Below the pieces are notes generated by a model. The model worked only from the letters and a program-made list of their open reading frames with translations. It searched no databases and was not told where the DNA came from. From Bacilli bacterium (GTDB lineage: Bacteria; Bacillota_I; Bacilli_A; RFN20; CAG-826): DNA of 64,000 bases. Positions 9,556-19,954 of the stretch are shown here, in pieces. Location of the stretch: positions 45,652-109,651 of the forward strand of contig JAVXGI010000002.1 in NCBI GenBank assembly GCA_036657515.1, given 5' to 3'. Numbering within the stretch: position 1 is the first letter of the stretch; each line of letters starts with the position of its first letter. The position numbers and the translations under genes were made by a program.

Positions 9556-10642
9556 TAAAATAAAATCCTTATACATACATATTCCATTTTGTGAACATAT
9601 TTGTTCATATTGTGATTTTACAAAGATTATTAGAAATGATAATCTTTCTTTTTTATATATTTTAGATTTACTTAAAAGTTTAAAAGGATATATTAAAGAA
9701 AAAAAGAAATTTTCGACAATTTATATAGGTGGTGGAACGCCAACTTGCATCGAGCCATTTTTGCTAAATATTTTACTTTCGTATTGCACAAAATTATTAA
9801 AAACAACCTATGAATTTACTGTTGAAGCTAATGTTGAATCTATTAATAAGGATACACTTCGCATTCTTAAAAATAATAAAGTTAATAGATTGAGCATTGG
9901 TGTTCAAACTTTTTCTGATGAACTACTGCTTAAATTAAATAGAAAACATACAGGAAAAGAGGCAATTAATGCTGTTAATCTTGCTTTCAAATATATTAAC
10001 AACATCAATATCGATCTAATGTATGGATTTCCCTTTTCATCTTTTGAATGTTTAAAAACCGACCTCGAAATCGCAAAAACATTACCAATCAATCATATTT
10101 CAACTTATTCCTTATTAATAAATAAAGGAACTTTAATTTATAATCAGGGATATAAAGAAGTGGATGGCGATACATTAAGAAAATATTTTGATTTTATTAA
10201 GAACGAATTAAAGAAAACGGGTTTTAAACAATATGAAGTTTCTAATTTTTCAAAACCAGGATATTATTCAAGAAATAATATTACATATTGGAAAAATGAA
10301 GAATATATTGGTTTAGGAGCAGGTTCATCTGGATTTGAAAATAAAGTACGTTATACATATACTAAAAATATCAATTCTTATTTATATGATCACAAAAGAA
10401 CTGAAGAAATAGTCACGGTTGAAGATGACATTAAATATCAAATTTTTCTTAATTTACGCACCACAAATGGTATTGATCGTAAGTTGTTTAAAGAAAAATT
10501 TGGATTCGAAATATTGGAAAAATTCGGTGATTTTTTTACAAAATTGCAAAAAAAATCACTGATTAAAATCAATAAAAACACGATAAAATGCACATATAAC
10601 GGTTTAATGATATTAGATAATATAATTTTAGAAATATTTTAG
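9539..10642 (+). CDS. hemW: Radical SAM heme chaperone HemW (HemN-like, oxygen-independent coproporphyrinogen oxidase family)
   Basis: HIPFCEHICSYCDF radical-SAM CxxxCxxC motif. Sits in the lepA-hemW-hrcA position. Confidence 0.9.
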   Translation: MKLKTNKIKSLYIHIPFCEHICSYCDFTKIIRNDNLSFLYILDLLKSLKGYIKEKKKFSTIYIGGGTPTCIEPFLLNILLSYCTKLLKTTYEFTVEANVESINKDTLRILKNNKVNRLSIGVQTFSDELLLKLNRKHTGKEAINAVNLAFKYINNINIDLMYGFPFSSFECLKTDLEIAKTLPINHISTYSLLINKGTLIYNQGYKEVDGDTLRKYFDFIKNELKKTGFKQYEVSNFSKPGYYSRNNITYWKNEEYIGLGAGSSGFENKVRYTYTKNINSYLYDHKRTEEIVTVEDDIKYQIFLNLRTTNGIDRKLFKEKFGFEILEKFGDFFTKLQKKSLIKINKNTIKCTYNGLMILDNIILEIF

Positions 10643-10665
10643 CACTTTAGTATTGACACTGCTAA
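10639..10665 (+). promoter_or_regulatory. Degenerate CIRCE-like inverted repeat overlapping the hemW stop and the hrcA -35 box
   Basis: TTAGCACTT-N9-CACTGCTAA compared with the consensus TTAGCACTC-N9-GAGTGCTAA. Only the outer TTAGCA/TGCTAA halves are complementary. Confidence 0.4.
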
Positions 10666-10681
10666 TTTTTGAGTTTATAAT
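10653..10681 (+). promoter_or_regulatory. Sigma-A promoter of the hrcA-grpE-dnaK-dnaJ operon
   Basis: TTGACA (10653-10658), N17, TATAAT (10676-10681). Confidence 0.8.
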
Positions 10682-10685
10682 ACTT

Positions 10686-10712
10686 TTAGCATTCAAAAGA
10701 ACAGAGTGCTAG
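10686..10712 (+). promoter_or_regulatory. CIRCE operator (HrcA binding site)
   Basis: TTAGCATTC-N9-GAGTGCTAG, matching 16/18 positions of the CIRCE consensus. It lies between the -10 box and the hrcA SD. Confidence 0.9.
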
Positions 10713-10728
10713 AAAGGAGATTATAAGT

Positions 10729-11757
10729 ATGCTTAATCGACGTGATTATATATTAAAATTGATTATAGAACGTTTTGTGCAAACTGCTCAACCAGTTGGT
10801 TCAAAAACACTTATTGAAAACTATGATCTCCCATTTAGCAGTGCTACTATTCGCAATGAAATGCAATTATTAGAAAACGATGGGTTTCTGGAAAAGACTC
10901 ATACATCTAGTGGAAGAGTTCCTTCTTCTAGGGGATACAAATACTATATTGAAAACCTTAGAGATAAAAAGAAGAACAATAAAATTAAATTTGAACTTCA
11001 AACAATCCTAAATGAAAGAACACAAACTATTGAAGATATGCTTAAAGAATCGTGCGAGATTTTATCTGAAATGACTAATTTAGTAAGTTTGGTTTTAGGA
11101 AATAACACTAGTGAAGAAACTTTAGCTTCTTTACAAATGATTCCAATTGGCAATAATAGTTCAACTGTGATCTTTGTAACAAATAGAGGCGCGGTTGAAA
11201 GCAAAACCTTCTTCTTTGATAAAAATATTAAAGTTGATGATCTTGAAAAATGTATCGCAATGCTTAACAAAAGATTAGTTGGTACAAGTGTTTCTGAATT
11301 AGTACCAAAAATGAGGCTCTTAGAACCTATCATTCACGATTATATTATCGATGGCGACGTAATTTATCAAACAATCCTTAAAACACTTGGAACGTTAGCA
11401 AATGATAAAGTTGTAATGTATGGAAAAGAAAAATTGTTAGATCAACCAGAGTTTAGTAATGATCCAGAAAGAATTAAAGATGTCATAGATTTATTTGAAT
11501 CTCCTACATTTTTTAAAGAAATTACGGAAAAAGTTCAATTTATTGATAAAGATATTACTGTTAAAATCGGTGGTGTAGATGAACGTGATGATATATCTAT
11601 CGTCTCAGCAAAAATCTATATTCCTGGAGTAGGAGAAAATGTTATCAGTTTAATTGGACCGAAAAGAATGAATTATGATAAAGCATATGAAGCAATCGAG
11701 ACACTTGTCGATGAGCTTAATAAGAAGTTTGAAGAAATATCGAAAGGAGATAGTTGA
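10729..11757 (+). CDS. hrcA: Heat-inducible transcription repressor HrcA
   Basis: N-terminal wHTH (PVGSKTL..SSATIRNEM..LE..GFL.K.HTSSGRVPS). 342 aa. Heads the dnaK operon. Confidence 0.95.
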   Translation: MLNRRDYILKLIIERFVQTAQPVGSKTLIENYDLPFSSATIRNEMQLLENDGFLEKTHTSSGRVPSSRGYKYYIENLRDKKKNNKIKFELQTILNERTQTIEDMLKESCEILSEMTNLVSLVLGNNTSEETLASLQMIPIGNNSSTVIFVTNRGAVESKTFFFDKNIKVDDLEKCIAMLNKRLVGTSVSELVPKMRLLEPIIHDYIIDGDVIYQTILKTLGTLANDKVVMYGKEKLLDQPEFSNDPERIKDVIDLFESPTFFKEITEKVQFIDKDITVKIGGVDERDDISIVSAKIYIPGVGENVISLIGPKRMNYDKAYEAIETLVDELNKKFEEISKGDS

Positions 11758-12374
11758 AAATGGTTAATTTAAGAAGCGAAGAGATTAAAAAACAAACAGA
11801 AGAAAATGTGAAAGAAGACGAAAAGAAAGAAAAAAAGGTTCCACTTGCTAAACTTGAAAAAGTTCAAGAAGAATTACATGCCGTTGAGGCTGACCGTGAT
11901 TCATGGAAAAATAAGTATTATAGCGTTTACGCGGACATGGAAAATCTTAGAAAAGTTATTGAAAAAGATCACCGTGAGGCAATGAAATATCGTTCGGAAG
12001 GATTTGTAATTAATTTAATACCATCACTTGATAGTTTCCACATGGCAACTCAAATTGAAGGTAAAACAGATGAAATGAAAGCATTTATTACCGGATTTAG
12101 ATATATATATAACAACATTATTAGTGCTATAGCAGAAGAGGGCGTAACAGAAATAACTCCTAAAGTTGGAGATAAGTTTGATGAAAAAACAATGCATGCT
12201 CTTGATACGGTAGAACAAGAAGGTGATGAAAATATTATAGTTAATGTCGCAGGAAGCTGTTATAAAATATATGACAGAATCATTAGACCAGCTATGGTAT
12301 ATGTTTCAAAAAAACCGGCAGTTAAAGACGAAAAGATAGACAAAGACGAAGTCATAGAAGAAAACATAGATTAA
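11754..12374 (+). CDS. grpE: Nucleotide exchange factor GrpE
   Basis: Operon position, length and the C-terminal GrpE fold region (..HMATQ.., IRPAMV). The start is TTG 11754 or ATG 11760; I cannot decide between them. Confidence 0.9.
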   Translation: MKMVNLRSEEIKKQTEENVKEDEKKEKKVPLAKLEKVQEELHAVEADRDSWKNKYYSVYADMENLRKVIEKDHREAMKYRSEGFVINLIPSLDSFHMATQIEGKTDEMKAFITGFRYIYNNIISAIAEEGVTEITPKVGDKFDEKTMHALDTVEQEGDENIIVNVAGSCYKIYDRIIRPAMVYVSKKPAVKDEKIDKDEVIEENID

Positions 12375-12392
12375 TCAAAAGGAGGAAATTTT

Positions 12393-14231
12393 ATGGCAAA
12401 AGAAATTATTTTAGGTATTGATTTAGGTACAACAAATTCGGTCGTTTCATACTTACAAGCAGATGGAAAGGTAAAGGTTATTCCAAATCCAGAAGGTACA
12501 AATACTACCCCATCCATTGTTGCTTTTAAACAAAATGGTGAAGAAATCATTGGTAACGCTGCAAAACGTCAAGCAGTTACTAATCCTGAAAACACCATCA
12601 GCTCAATTAAAAGAGAAATGGGTTCATCTAAAAAAGAACATATTGCATGTTTGAATAAAGATTTTACACCACAAGAAATTTCGGCAAAAATTCTTGCTTA
12701 TATGAAAGATTATGCTGAAAAAGCTATTGGCACAAAAGTAGAAAAAGCAGTTATTACTGTTCCAGCATACTTTAACGATTCACAACGTCAAGCAACAAAA
12801 GATGCAGGTAAAATTGCAGGACTTGATGTCGTTAGAATCATTAACGAGCCAACCGCTGCTGCTCTTGCTTATGGTCTTGAATCGAAAAAATCTGAAAAGA
12901 TTTTAGTTTACGACTTAGGCGGAGGAACATTCGACGTATCTATTCTTGATATCGGCGATGGTACATTTGAAGTTATTGCTACATCAGGCGACAATAAACT
13001 TGGCGGTGATGATTGGGATGCTCTTATTGCTAGATGGATTAGAGAAGAAGTTAAAAAACAAACAGGAACAGATATATCCGATAAAGTCGCACTTCAAAGA
13101 TATACTGATGCTGCAGAAAAAGCTAAAATTGAATTATCAAGTTCATTAAGCACCGTTATTTCATTACCATTTATTGGTATGAATGCAAGTGGTCCAATTA
13201 ACTTCGAAACAACCTTATCACGTGCAAAATTTGAAGATTTAACTAAAGATTTATTAAGAAGAACAGAAGAACCAGTAAGAAAAGCATTATTAGATGCTAA
13301 ATTAACTGCTTCTGATCTTGATCAAATTATCCTTATTGGTGGTTCAATTAGAATGCCAGCTGTTCAAGAATCTGTTAAGAAATTAACAAATAAGATGCCT
13401 AACTACTCAGTTAGTCCAGATGAAGCAGTCTCAATTGGTGCTGCTTTACAAGGCGGAATCGTTTCTGGAGATGTTAAAGACGTTGTTTTACTTGACGTTA
13501 CTCCTTTAACTCTTGGTATTGAAACAATGGGTGGAGTTATGACTCCTCTTATTACAAGAAATACGACAATTCCAACCACTAAATCACAAATTTTCTCAAC
13601 TGCTGCTGATAATCAACCTGCAGTTGACATCATGGTTTATCAAGGTGAACGTCCAATGGCTCATGATAATAAATTATTAGGTCATTTCCAACTTACAGGT
13701 ATTGCTGCAAAAAGAAGAGGCGAACCTCGCATTGAAGTTACTTTCTCAATTGACGTTAATGGTATTGTTAAAGTTTCAGCAAAAGATTTAGATAGCAACA
13801 AGGCTCAAGAAATTACAATTTCCGGATCTAATGGTTTATCAAAAGAAGAAATTGATCGCATGGTTCGTGAAGCTGAAGAAAATAAAGATGCTGATGAAAA
13901 GAGAAAAGAAGAAATTGAAGTTAAAAATAAGGCTGAACAATTTATTAACTCAATTGATACTTCCCTTGCAGAAAAGGGAGATTCTATCGATGCAAAGCAA
14001 AAAGAAGATACTATTAAATTAAGAGATGAACTTAAAGAAGCTCTTGATAAAAATGATATTGAAACATTACGCAACAAGATGTCTGAATTAGAAAAAGCTG
14101 CTGAATATATGGCACAAGCACAAGCTCAAGGACAAAATCCAACAGAAGGTGCACCTGATGCTTCTTCTTCAACTGAAGGTCAAACAACAGCTGATGATGT
14201 AGTTGATGCTGATTTTACTGATAAAAAGTAA
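12393..14231 (+). CDS. dnaK: Chaperone DnaK (Hsp70)
   Basis: [27 protein letters not shown] signatures. 612 aa. Confidence 0.98.
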   Translation: MAKEIILGIDLGTTNSVVSYLQADGKVKVIPNPEGTNTTPSIVAFKQNGEEIIGNAAKRQAVTNPENTISSIKREMGSSKKEHIACLNKDFTPQEISAKILAYMKDYAEKAIGTKVEKAVITVPAYFNDSQRQATKDAGKIAGLDVVRIINEPTAAALAYGLESKKSEKILVYDLGGGTFDVSILDIGDGTFEVIATSGDNKLGGDDWDALIARWIREEVKKQTGTDISDKVALQRYTDAAEKAKIELSSSLSTVISLPFIGMNASGPINFETTLSRAKFEDLTKDLLRRTEEPVRKALLDAKLTASDLDQIILIGGSIRMPAVQESVKKLTNKMPNYSVSPDEAVSIGAALQGGIVSGDVKDVVLLDVTPLTLGIETMGGVMTPLITRNTTIPTTKSQIFSTAADNQPAVDIMVYQGERPMAHDNKLLGHFQLTGIAAKRRGEPRIEVTFSIDVNGIVKVSAKDLDSNKAQEITISGSNGLSKEEIDRMVREAEENKDADEKRKEEIEVKNKAEQFINSIDTSLAEKGDSIDAKQKEDTIKLRDELKEALDKNDIETLRNKMSELEKAAEYMAQAQAQGQNPTEGAPDASSSTEGQTTADDVVDADFTDKK

Positions 14232-14245
14232 AAGAAAATTGAATC

Positions 14246-14281
14246 GAGTATTAGAGGCAAATGCCTCTAATACTCATTTTT
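14246..14281 (+). terminator. Strong hairpin plus T-run between dnaK and dnaJ (partial terminator or processing site)
   Basis: GAGTATTAGAGGCA-aa-TGCCTCTAATACTC (14-nt perfect arms) followed by ATTTTT. The dnaJ SD GGAGG follows immediately. Confidence 0.7.
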
Positions 14282-14292
14282 GGAGGTAAATT

Positions 14293-15432
14293 ATGGCAGA
14301 AAAAAGAGATTATTACGAGACGCTTGGTGTTCAACGCACCGCTACAAAAGATGAAATCAAAAGTGCTTATAGAAAGCTTGCAATGAAATACCATCCAGAT
14401 AGAAATAAAGAACCTGGTGCTGAGAAAAAATTCATGGAAGTTCAAGAGGCATATGATGTACTTTATGATGATCAAAAAAGAAAGACATTTGATCAATTTG
14501 GAAGTGCGGCTTTTGACCAAAATGGTTCAGCATCTGGCTTTGGTGGAGGAAATCCTTTCCAAGGCGGATTTGGTAATTTTGGCGATTTAAACGATATATT
14601 TTCTCAAATGTTTGGTGGTGGAATGGGTGGTGGAAGAAACTCTCAGAGAAACGGACCAAATAGGGGTGATGATACATTAATGAGAGTTAAGGTTAGTTTT
14701 ATTGATGCTATTATGGGCAAAAAAATAACTATACCTGTAACTTATGATAAGGTTTGCGATACATGTAATGGAACAGGAGCTAAATCTAGCAGTGATATCA
14801 AAACTTGTTCACATTGTGGCGGAAGTGGTTATGTAAGAACAACAAAACAAACTCTTTTCGGTGCAATGGAAAGTGAAACTACTTGTCCATATTGTGGTGG
14901 AACGGGCAAAATTATTGCTAATAAATGTCCTGATTGTGGTGGAACTGGTTCAAAACGTGTTAAAGAAAATATCGATATTGCTATACCAGCCGGAATTAAT
15001 GCTGGCCAACAAATTAGAGTTAAAGGCAAAGGCATGAAAGGCTCTAATGGCGGTTCTAACGGCGATTTATACATAGAAATTGTAATTCAGGAAGATAATA
15101 TTTTTAAAAGAGATGGTAATGATATTCATTTAAATTTAGAAATTGATTTTGTTGATGCTGCACTTGGAATATCAATGGATGTTAAAACTGTTTACGATAC
15201 TATCAGTTTAAAAATACCAGCAGGTTCACAACCAAATACTGTTTTAAAGTTATCTGGTAAAGGTATTAAAGATATGCGTAATGGAAGACCAGGTGATGAA
15301 TACGTTCATATCATTATTAAAACGCCAACAAACCTTAATACAAAACAAAAAGAATGTTTAAATGATTTTAAAATAAACAGTAATTCACAAAATAATCCAT
15401 TTTCTCGTTTTAAGGATAAATTAAAGAAATAA
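14293..15432 (+). CDS. dnaJ: Co-chaperone DnaJ
   Basis: J-domain (YHPDRN), G/F-rich region, four CxxCxGxG zinc-finger repeats. Confidence 0.97.
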   Translation: MAEKRDYYETLGVQRTATKDEIKSAYRKLAMKYHPDRNKEPGAEKKFMEVQEAYDVLYDDQKRKTFDQFGSAAFDQNGSASGFGGGNPFQGGFGNFGDLNDIFSQMFGGGMGGGRNSQRNGPNRGDDTLMRVKVSFIDAIMGKKITIPVTYDKVCDTCNGTGAKSSSDIKTCSHCGGSGYVRTTKQTLFGAMESETTCPYCGGTGKIIANKCPDCGGTGSKRVKENIDIAIPAGINAGQQIRVKGKGMKGSNGGSNGDLYIEIVIQEDNIFKRDGNDIHLNLEIDFVDAALGISMDVKTVYDTISLKIPAGSQPNTVLKLSGKGIKDMRNGRPGDEYVHIIIKTPTNLNTKQKECLNDFKINSNSQNNPFSRFKDKLKK

Positions 15433-15454
15433 TTAAAAAATTATTACGAAATAA

Positions 15455-15463
15455 TGGTATAAT
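15455..15463 (+). promoter_or_regulatory. Extended -10 promoter element (TGgTATAAT) upstream of the zinc-ribbon/TM2 gene
   Basis: TGGTATAAT lies 17 nt before ATG 15481. Confidence 0.45.
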
Positions 15464-15480
15464 CATTTTGTGAGAAATGT

Positions 15481-15936
15481 ATGTTAAAGTGTAAAAATTG
15501 TGATCATAAATTAACAAAATTTGATCGTGATCTTTGTCCATATTGCGGAGCAAGAAATCCAATTGATGAATCTTCAACTGAAACGATTGATGTAACGCAA
15601 ATAATAGACAATATCGAGAATATCGATCATAAAGAAAAATTTGTAAGAAAGAGCAGAAAAACTTATATCATTTTAATGATGATTTTAGGAATTTTTTCTG
15701 CTCATTTATTTTATATAAAACGTTACTATCAAGCTGCTTATTTAATTGGAGCTAATGCTTTATTTATTGGTGGTGGAGGTTATCTTTTAAGTATTTTTGA
15801 AATATTTACTAAATCACAATACTATTTAAACTGGATAGTGGCATTAGGCGTTGTTTTAGGTCTTTATATTATTTTAGGAACTTGTACAATATTTTTTGGA
15901 GAACCAAAAGATAATGACAATGAGGTATTAAAATAA
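15481..15936 (+). CDS. Zinc-ribbon plus TM2-domain membrane protein
   Basis: CKNC..CPYCG zinc ribbon, then a TM2-like segment (GIFSAHLFYIKRYYQA..). Occupies the position where prmA sits in Bacillus. Confidence 0.6.
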   Translation: MLKCKNCDHKLTKFDRDLCPYCGARNPIDESSTETIDVTQIIDNIENIDHKEKFVRKSRKTYIILMMILGIFSAHLFYIKRYYQAAYLIGANALFIGGGGYLLSIFEIFTKSQYYLNWIVALGVVLGLYIILGTCTIFFGEPKDNDNEVLK

Positions 15937-16649
15937 TGCAAAGATATTTTGCTGAAGCAATTAATGATAATTATTTTATTTTATCAAAAGACGATGAACA
16001 TCATTTAATAAATGTTCTAAGAACACAAAAAGATCAAGAAATTGAAATCGTTTTTGATTCAATTTTGTACAAAGCCAAAATTGAATCTTTAAATCCTTTA
16101 AATGTTGTCAAAGTCTCAGAACTTTCAAATGATAAAAAGATAAGAAAAATTAGTATAGGATTCGCAATCCCAAAAGGCGATAAAATCGAACTTATTTTGC
16201 AAAAATGTACAGAATTAGGAGTAGATGAATTTATCTTATTTTCAAGCGAAAGAACAATTGGAAAAATTAGTGCTGATAAACTCGATGATAAACTTAATAG
16301 ATACAATAAAATAGTTAAAGAGGCCTCACAACAATCAAAAAGAATTGATATACCAACAATTAAATATGTAGGAAAATTATCTAATCTTGTAAACCTCGAT
16401 ATTGAAAATAAATTAGTAGCTTTTGAAAACGCTAATGAAAGAAAAATAAATTTGATAAAGTCTGTATATGCTTACGCTTCAACTTTATTTATAACTGGTC
16501 CAGAAGGCGGATTTTCTACTGAAGAAATCGATTTTCTTGAAAAAAATGGATTTGAAACCATTAGTTTAGGAAAAAACATCTTAAGATGTGAAACGGCGCC
16601 AATTTATATAGCCTCAGTTGTCTCATTTTTATTAGAAAGGAGCAAGTAA
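15936..16649 (+). CDS. rsmE: 16S rRNA (uracil1498-N3)-methyltransferase RsmE
   Basis: MQRYF start and C-terminal ITGPEGGFS..E..L..G SPOUT motif. Sits in the dnaJ-(prmA)-rsmE-mtaB position. Confidence 0.9.
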   Translation: MQRYFAEAINDNYFILSKDDEHHLINVLRTQKDQEIEIVFDSILYKAKIESLNPLNVVKVSELSNDKKIRKISIGFAIPKGDKIELILQKCTELGVDEFILFSSERTIGKISADKLDDKLNRYNKIVKEASQQSKRIDIPTIKYVGKLSNLVNLDIENKLVAFENANERKINLIKSVYAYASTLFITGPEGGFSTEEIDFLEKNGFETISLGKNILRCETAPIYIASVVSFLLERSK

Positions 16650-16652
16650 AGT

Positions 16653-17420
16653 ATGAAAATATTTGCATTATTAAATAAATTCCAAAACAAACAGTTTGAA
16701 TTTAAAAAAACTCAAGAATATGCTTATTATAAGAAAAATAAGAAATATTTAAAAACAATGCCAAAATTGAAAAGAACCATTAATGTTAATAGTTCATTTA
16801 GTTTAATTTGTACTAATATCTATATCACTACAATTATTAATAAAATTAAAATTGATGAAATATGCAAAGACGCTATTTCATCAATCTATCTAAAAGATAA
16901 ATTTACGGAAGAAGAATTTTTGAAGTATTATCACGCTAGAATCATTGATTTAAAATCGTTCGTATCTAATGATACACATGTTTTTGTTCCGTTTTTTTCA
17001 CATATTATAAATAATATTTATTATAATGAACCATATAAATTATTAAATGAACCATATAATATATTGTTTGATCAATATACTGAAAATTTGATTGATCCAT
17101 TTGAATGCTATTCCCACAATTTGTTTGATTCACTTTTTACAAAACTTATTAAAATCAAACAATATGGACAATCAGTAGTTTTTTACCATTTTGATTTAGC
17201 AACGATTTTTGTTATTAATAATCAAGGAAGATTGGATGCTATTTTTCCAATATTTGATAAATGGTTAGCAAAGATTAAAACGTCTCATGTTTCAGAAAAA
17301 ATAGAAAAAGTAACTGACCTATATTTCGCAAATGATAAAAAAGGATTCATTGATGAATTGTTTAAACAAGAATTTGTATCTCAAAAAATGCATGATTTAT
17401 TGATTGAAAAGTGTTTATAA
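16653..17420 (+). CDS. Hypothetical protein (no family recognised)
   Basis: 255-aa ORF packed between rsmE and mtaB. Contains an in-frame 21-bp tandem duplication (NEPYKLL/NEPYNIL). Confidence 0.5.
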   Translation: MKIFALLNKFQNKQFEFKKTQEYAYYKKNKKYLKTMPKLKRTINVNSSFSLICTNIYITTIINKIKIDEICKDAISSIYLKDKFTEEEFLKYYHARIIDLKSFVSNDTHVFVPFFSHIINNIYYNEPYKLLNEPYNILFDQYTENLIDPFECYSHNLFDSLFTKLIKIKQYGQSVVFYHFDLATIFVINNQGRLDAIFPIFDKWLAKIKTSHVSEKIEKVTDLYFANDKKGFIDELFKQEFVSQKMHDLLIEKCL

Positions 17421-17421
17421 T

Positions 17422-18699
17422 ATGAAATTTAAATTATTTTTCTTAGGCTGCAAAGTAAATGCCTATGAAATAGATTCTATTCGTGTTTTATTAACAGAAA
17501 AAGGATTGATAGAAGCTAAAAATGGCGAAGAGACGGATATAATTGTTATAAATACATGTAGCGTTACAAGTGTTGCTGATAAAAAATCACGTCAAATGAT
17601 TCATAAATATAGATTGGAACAACCAAAGGCAATATTATGTGTTATTGGTTGTTTTACACAAGGAATTTCATCAAATATTGAGTTTCCTTTTGAAGCAGAT
17701 ATTATTTTAGGAAATAAAAATAAATCTGCTCTTTACGATAAAATCGAAGAATTTTTAAAGAATAAAGAAAGAATTGTTGATATTGATCATGATAATAGAC
17801 ATTTTACATACGACAATATGCCAAGTATTCAATTTAGCGAAAAAACTCGTGCATATGTAAAAATACAAGATGGATGTGATAATTTTTGCTCTTATTGTTT
17901 AATACCTTTTGTTCGTGGAAAATCACGTTCAAGAGAGCCTCAATATATCATTAATGAAATAGAGGATTTGATTAAAAACGGTTATAAAGAAATAGTTTTT
18001 ACTGGAATTGATGTTGCATCATATGGAAAAGATTTAAAAGAAGAGATTTCTTTTTCTGATTTATTAGAAAAAGTATTACAAATAGATAAAAACAATACAA
18101 TTATTAGAATTTCTTCAATTGAAGAATCAATGATTGATGATAAATTTATTAATCTTATTGCAAAAGATCAAAGAATAGCTCGTCATATGCATCTTTCACT
18201 TCAAAGTGGCAGCAATTATATCTTAAAAAAGATGAACAGAAAATATACAACAGAAGAATATTTAACAAAGTTACGTCGTTTACAAACAGCTGTTCCCGAT
18301 ATTAATATTACAACAGATGTAATTGTTGGTTTTCCAGGTGAAACAGAAGAAAATTTCACGGAAACACTTAATTTTGTTAGATCGTGTGAATTTTCTCATA
18401 TTCACGTGTTTCCGTATTCGGTTAGGAAAGGAACAGCAGCTGCTGTTTTTCCAAACCAAATAGAAACTAACGTTAAAAAAGATCGTGTAAAAAGACTAAT
18501 TTCGTTAGGTGATGAGTTAAAAGTAACTTATATTAATAAATTTATTGGCAAAGAAATGGATGTTTTAATTGAATATTGCATTCATGATAACCTTTACACA
18601 GGTCATACTTCTAATTTCTTAGAAGTGATGGTAAAAAGTGATGTAGATATCATTGGTAAAGTCGTAAAAACTACAATAAATTTTGACAATGTCAAATAA
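17422..18699 (+). CDS. mtaB: tRNA t6A37 methylthiotransferase MtaB (MiaB-like radical SAM)
   Basis: LGCKVNAYE N-terminal domain, radical-SAM CDNFCSYCLIPFVRG, TRAM-like C-terminus. ATG 17422 is chosen over the upstream TTG because the preceding gene ends at 17420. Confidence 0.9.
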   Translation: MKFKLFFLGCKVNAYEIDSIRVLLTEKGLIEAKNGEETDIIVINTCSVTSVADKKSRQMIHKYRLEQPKAILCVIGCFTQGISSNIEFPFEADIILGNKNKSALYDKIEEFLKNKERIVDIDHDNRHFTYDNMPSIQFSEKTRAYVKIQDGCDNFCSYCLIPFVRGKSRSREPQYIINEIEDLIKNGYKEIVFTGIDVASYGKDLKEEISFSDLLEKVLQIDKNNTIIRISSIEESMIDDKFINLIAKDQRIARHMHLSLQSGSNYILKKMNRKYTTEEYLTKLRRLQTAVPDINITTDVIVGFPGETEENFTETLNFVRSCEFSHIHVFPYSVRKGTAAAVFPNQIETNVKKDRVKRLISLGDELKVTYINKFIGKEMDVLIEYCIHDNLYTGHTSNFLEVMVKSDVDIIGKVVKTTINFDNVK

Positions 18700-18757
18700 T
18701 TATTATTACGTTATAAACGATGTTATAGCACTATTTAAATAATGTGTCAAAAATTTA

Positions 18758-18786
18758 TTGTAAAAATATTTTATAATGTATATAAT
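18758..18786 (+). promoter_or_regulatory. Putative promoter of rpmF
   Basis: TTGTAA-N17-TATAAT, about 25 nt upstream of the AAGGAG SD. Confidence 0.45.
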
Positions 18787-18812
18787 ATCAATGTTAAATA
18801 AAGGAGAATTAT

Positions 18813-19004
18813 ATGGCAGTCCCATTCAGAAGAACATCGAAGACAAAGAAAAGAATGCGTAGAACGCATTTTAAGTTAATACCACAAAGTTTAGTAAAAT
18901 GCCCACATTGTGGACAAATGATTAAACAACATCAAGTATGTCCACATTGTGGATTTTATGATGGCGTTCAAGTTATTAAAGTAAAAGCAAAAAAAGCTGA
19001 ATAA
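18813..19004 (+). CDS. rpmF: 50S ribosomal protein L32 (zinc-ribbon form)
   Basis: [27 protein letters not shown]. Confidence 0.95.
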   Translation: MAVPFRRTSKTKKRMRRTHFKLIPQSLVKCPHCGQMIKQHQVCPHCGFYDGVQVIKVKAKKAE

Positions 19005-19024
19005 GCTTTCGAATTGGAGGATTT

Positions 19025-19660
19025 ATGAATTACAATAAATTAATCGATCATACAGTTTTAAAACCAGAAGCATCTGAAAGTGATGTTGTTGCACTTTGCG
19101 AAGAAGCAAAGAAATTTGACTTTATGTCAGTTTGTATTAATCCATGTTACGTTAAAATTGCAAAATCATGTTTAAAAGACAGTGATGTTGCTGTTTGTAC
19201 CGTTATTGGATTTCCATTAGGTTCAAATACAACCGAAACAAAGGTTTTCGAAACAAAGTTAGCTGCAAAAGAAGGAGCTTCCGAAATTGATATGGTTATC
19301 AATGTTGCTGCTCTTAAAGATCACAAAGATGAATATGTTTTCAATGAAATATCTGCTATTCGTAAAGCTTGCAAAAAGCAACTTTTAAAAGTAATCTTAG
19401 AAACATGCTTATTAAACGATGAAGAAATTGTTAGAGCATGTGAACTTTCAGTAAAAGCTGGAGCAGATTTTGTTAAAACTTCAACAGGATTTAATAAAGA
19501 AGGAGCAACTGCCCACGCAGTATCCTTAATGAGAAAAACTGTTGGACCAAACATTGGAGTAAAAGCTAGTGGTGGAATTAGAACTCACGAAACTTTACTT
19601 GAAATGGTTGAAGCAGGCGCAAACAGAATTGGAACATCATCTGGTCCAAAAATTATCTAA
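19025..19660 (+). CDS. deoC: Deoxyribose-phosphate aldolase
   Basis: [20 protein letters not shown] (Schiff-base Lys), KASGGIR. Confidence 0.93.
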   Translation: MNYNKLIDHTVLKPEASESDVVALCEEAKKFDFMSVCINPCYVKIAKSCLKDSDVAVCTVIGFPLGSNTTETKVFETKLAAKEGASEIDMVINVAALKDHKDEYVFNEISAIRKACKKQLLKVILETCLLNDEEIVRACELSVKAGADFVKTSTGFNKEGATAHAVSLMRKTVGPNIGVKASGGIRTHETLLEMVEAGANRIGTSSGPKII

Positions 19661-19687
19661 ATATTGTTATTTACATACGCAAAATAG

Positions 19688-19695
19688 TGTATAAT
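19688..19695 (+). promoter_or_regulatory. TGTATAAT -10-type box upstream of rpsU
   Basis: TGTATAAT lies 34 nt before ATG 19730. The same octamer recurs before ybeY and parE. Confidence 0.45.
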
Positions 19696-19729
19696 GAATA
19701 AGGCGTTTAATGGAAGGAGTTGAGTTAAT

Positions 19730-19903
19730 ATGCCAAAAGTCGTTGTAAGAGATAACGAAACACTTGATGAAGCACTTCGTAGATTCAAGAGAACAGTAAA
19801 TAAATCATGCGTTCTAGAAGAAGCTAGAAAACGCGATTTCTACTTGAAAAAATCTTTGAAAAGAAAGATGAAAAGCGAGCTTGCTCGTAGAAAAAACAAA
19901 TAA
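19730..19903 (+). CDS. rpsU: 30S ribosomal protein S21 (57 aa; absent from the ORF track because it is shorter than 60 aa)
   Basis: My own translation is [25 protein letters not shown]...ARRKNK. GGAAGGAG SD upstream. TAA at 19901-19903. Confidence 0.93.
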   Translation: MPKVVVRDNETLDEALRRFKRTVNKSCVLEEARKRDFYLKKSLKRKMKSELARRKNK

Positions 19904-19922
19904 TTTGATAAAAATTAAAATA

Positions 19923-19954
19923 CCTCCCTACTTATATAGTAAGGAGGTTTTTTT
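19923..19954 (+). terminator. rpsU terminator hairpin whose 3' arm is the SD of the next gene (copy A of a twin element)
   Basis: CCTCCCTACT-tatat-AGTAAGGAGG (10 bp with one C.A mismatch), then T7, then ATG at 19955. Confidence 0.75.
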
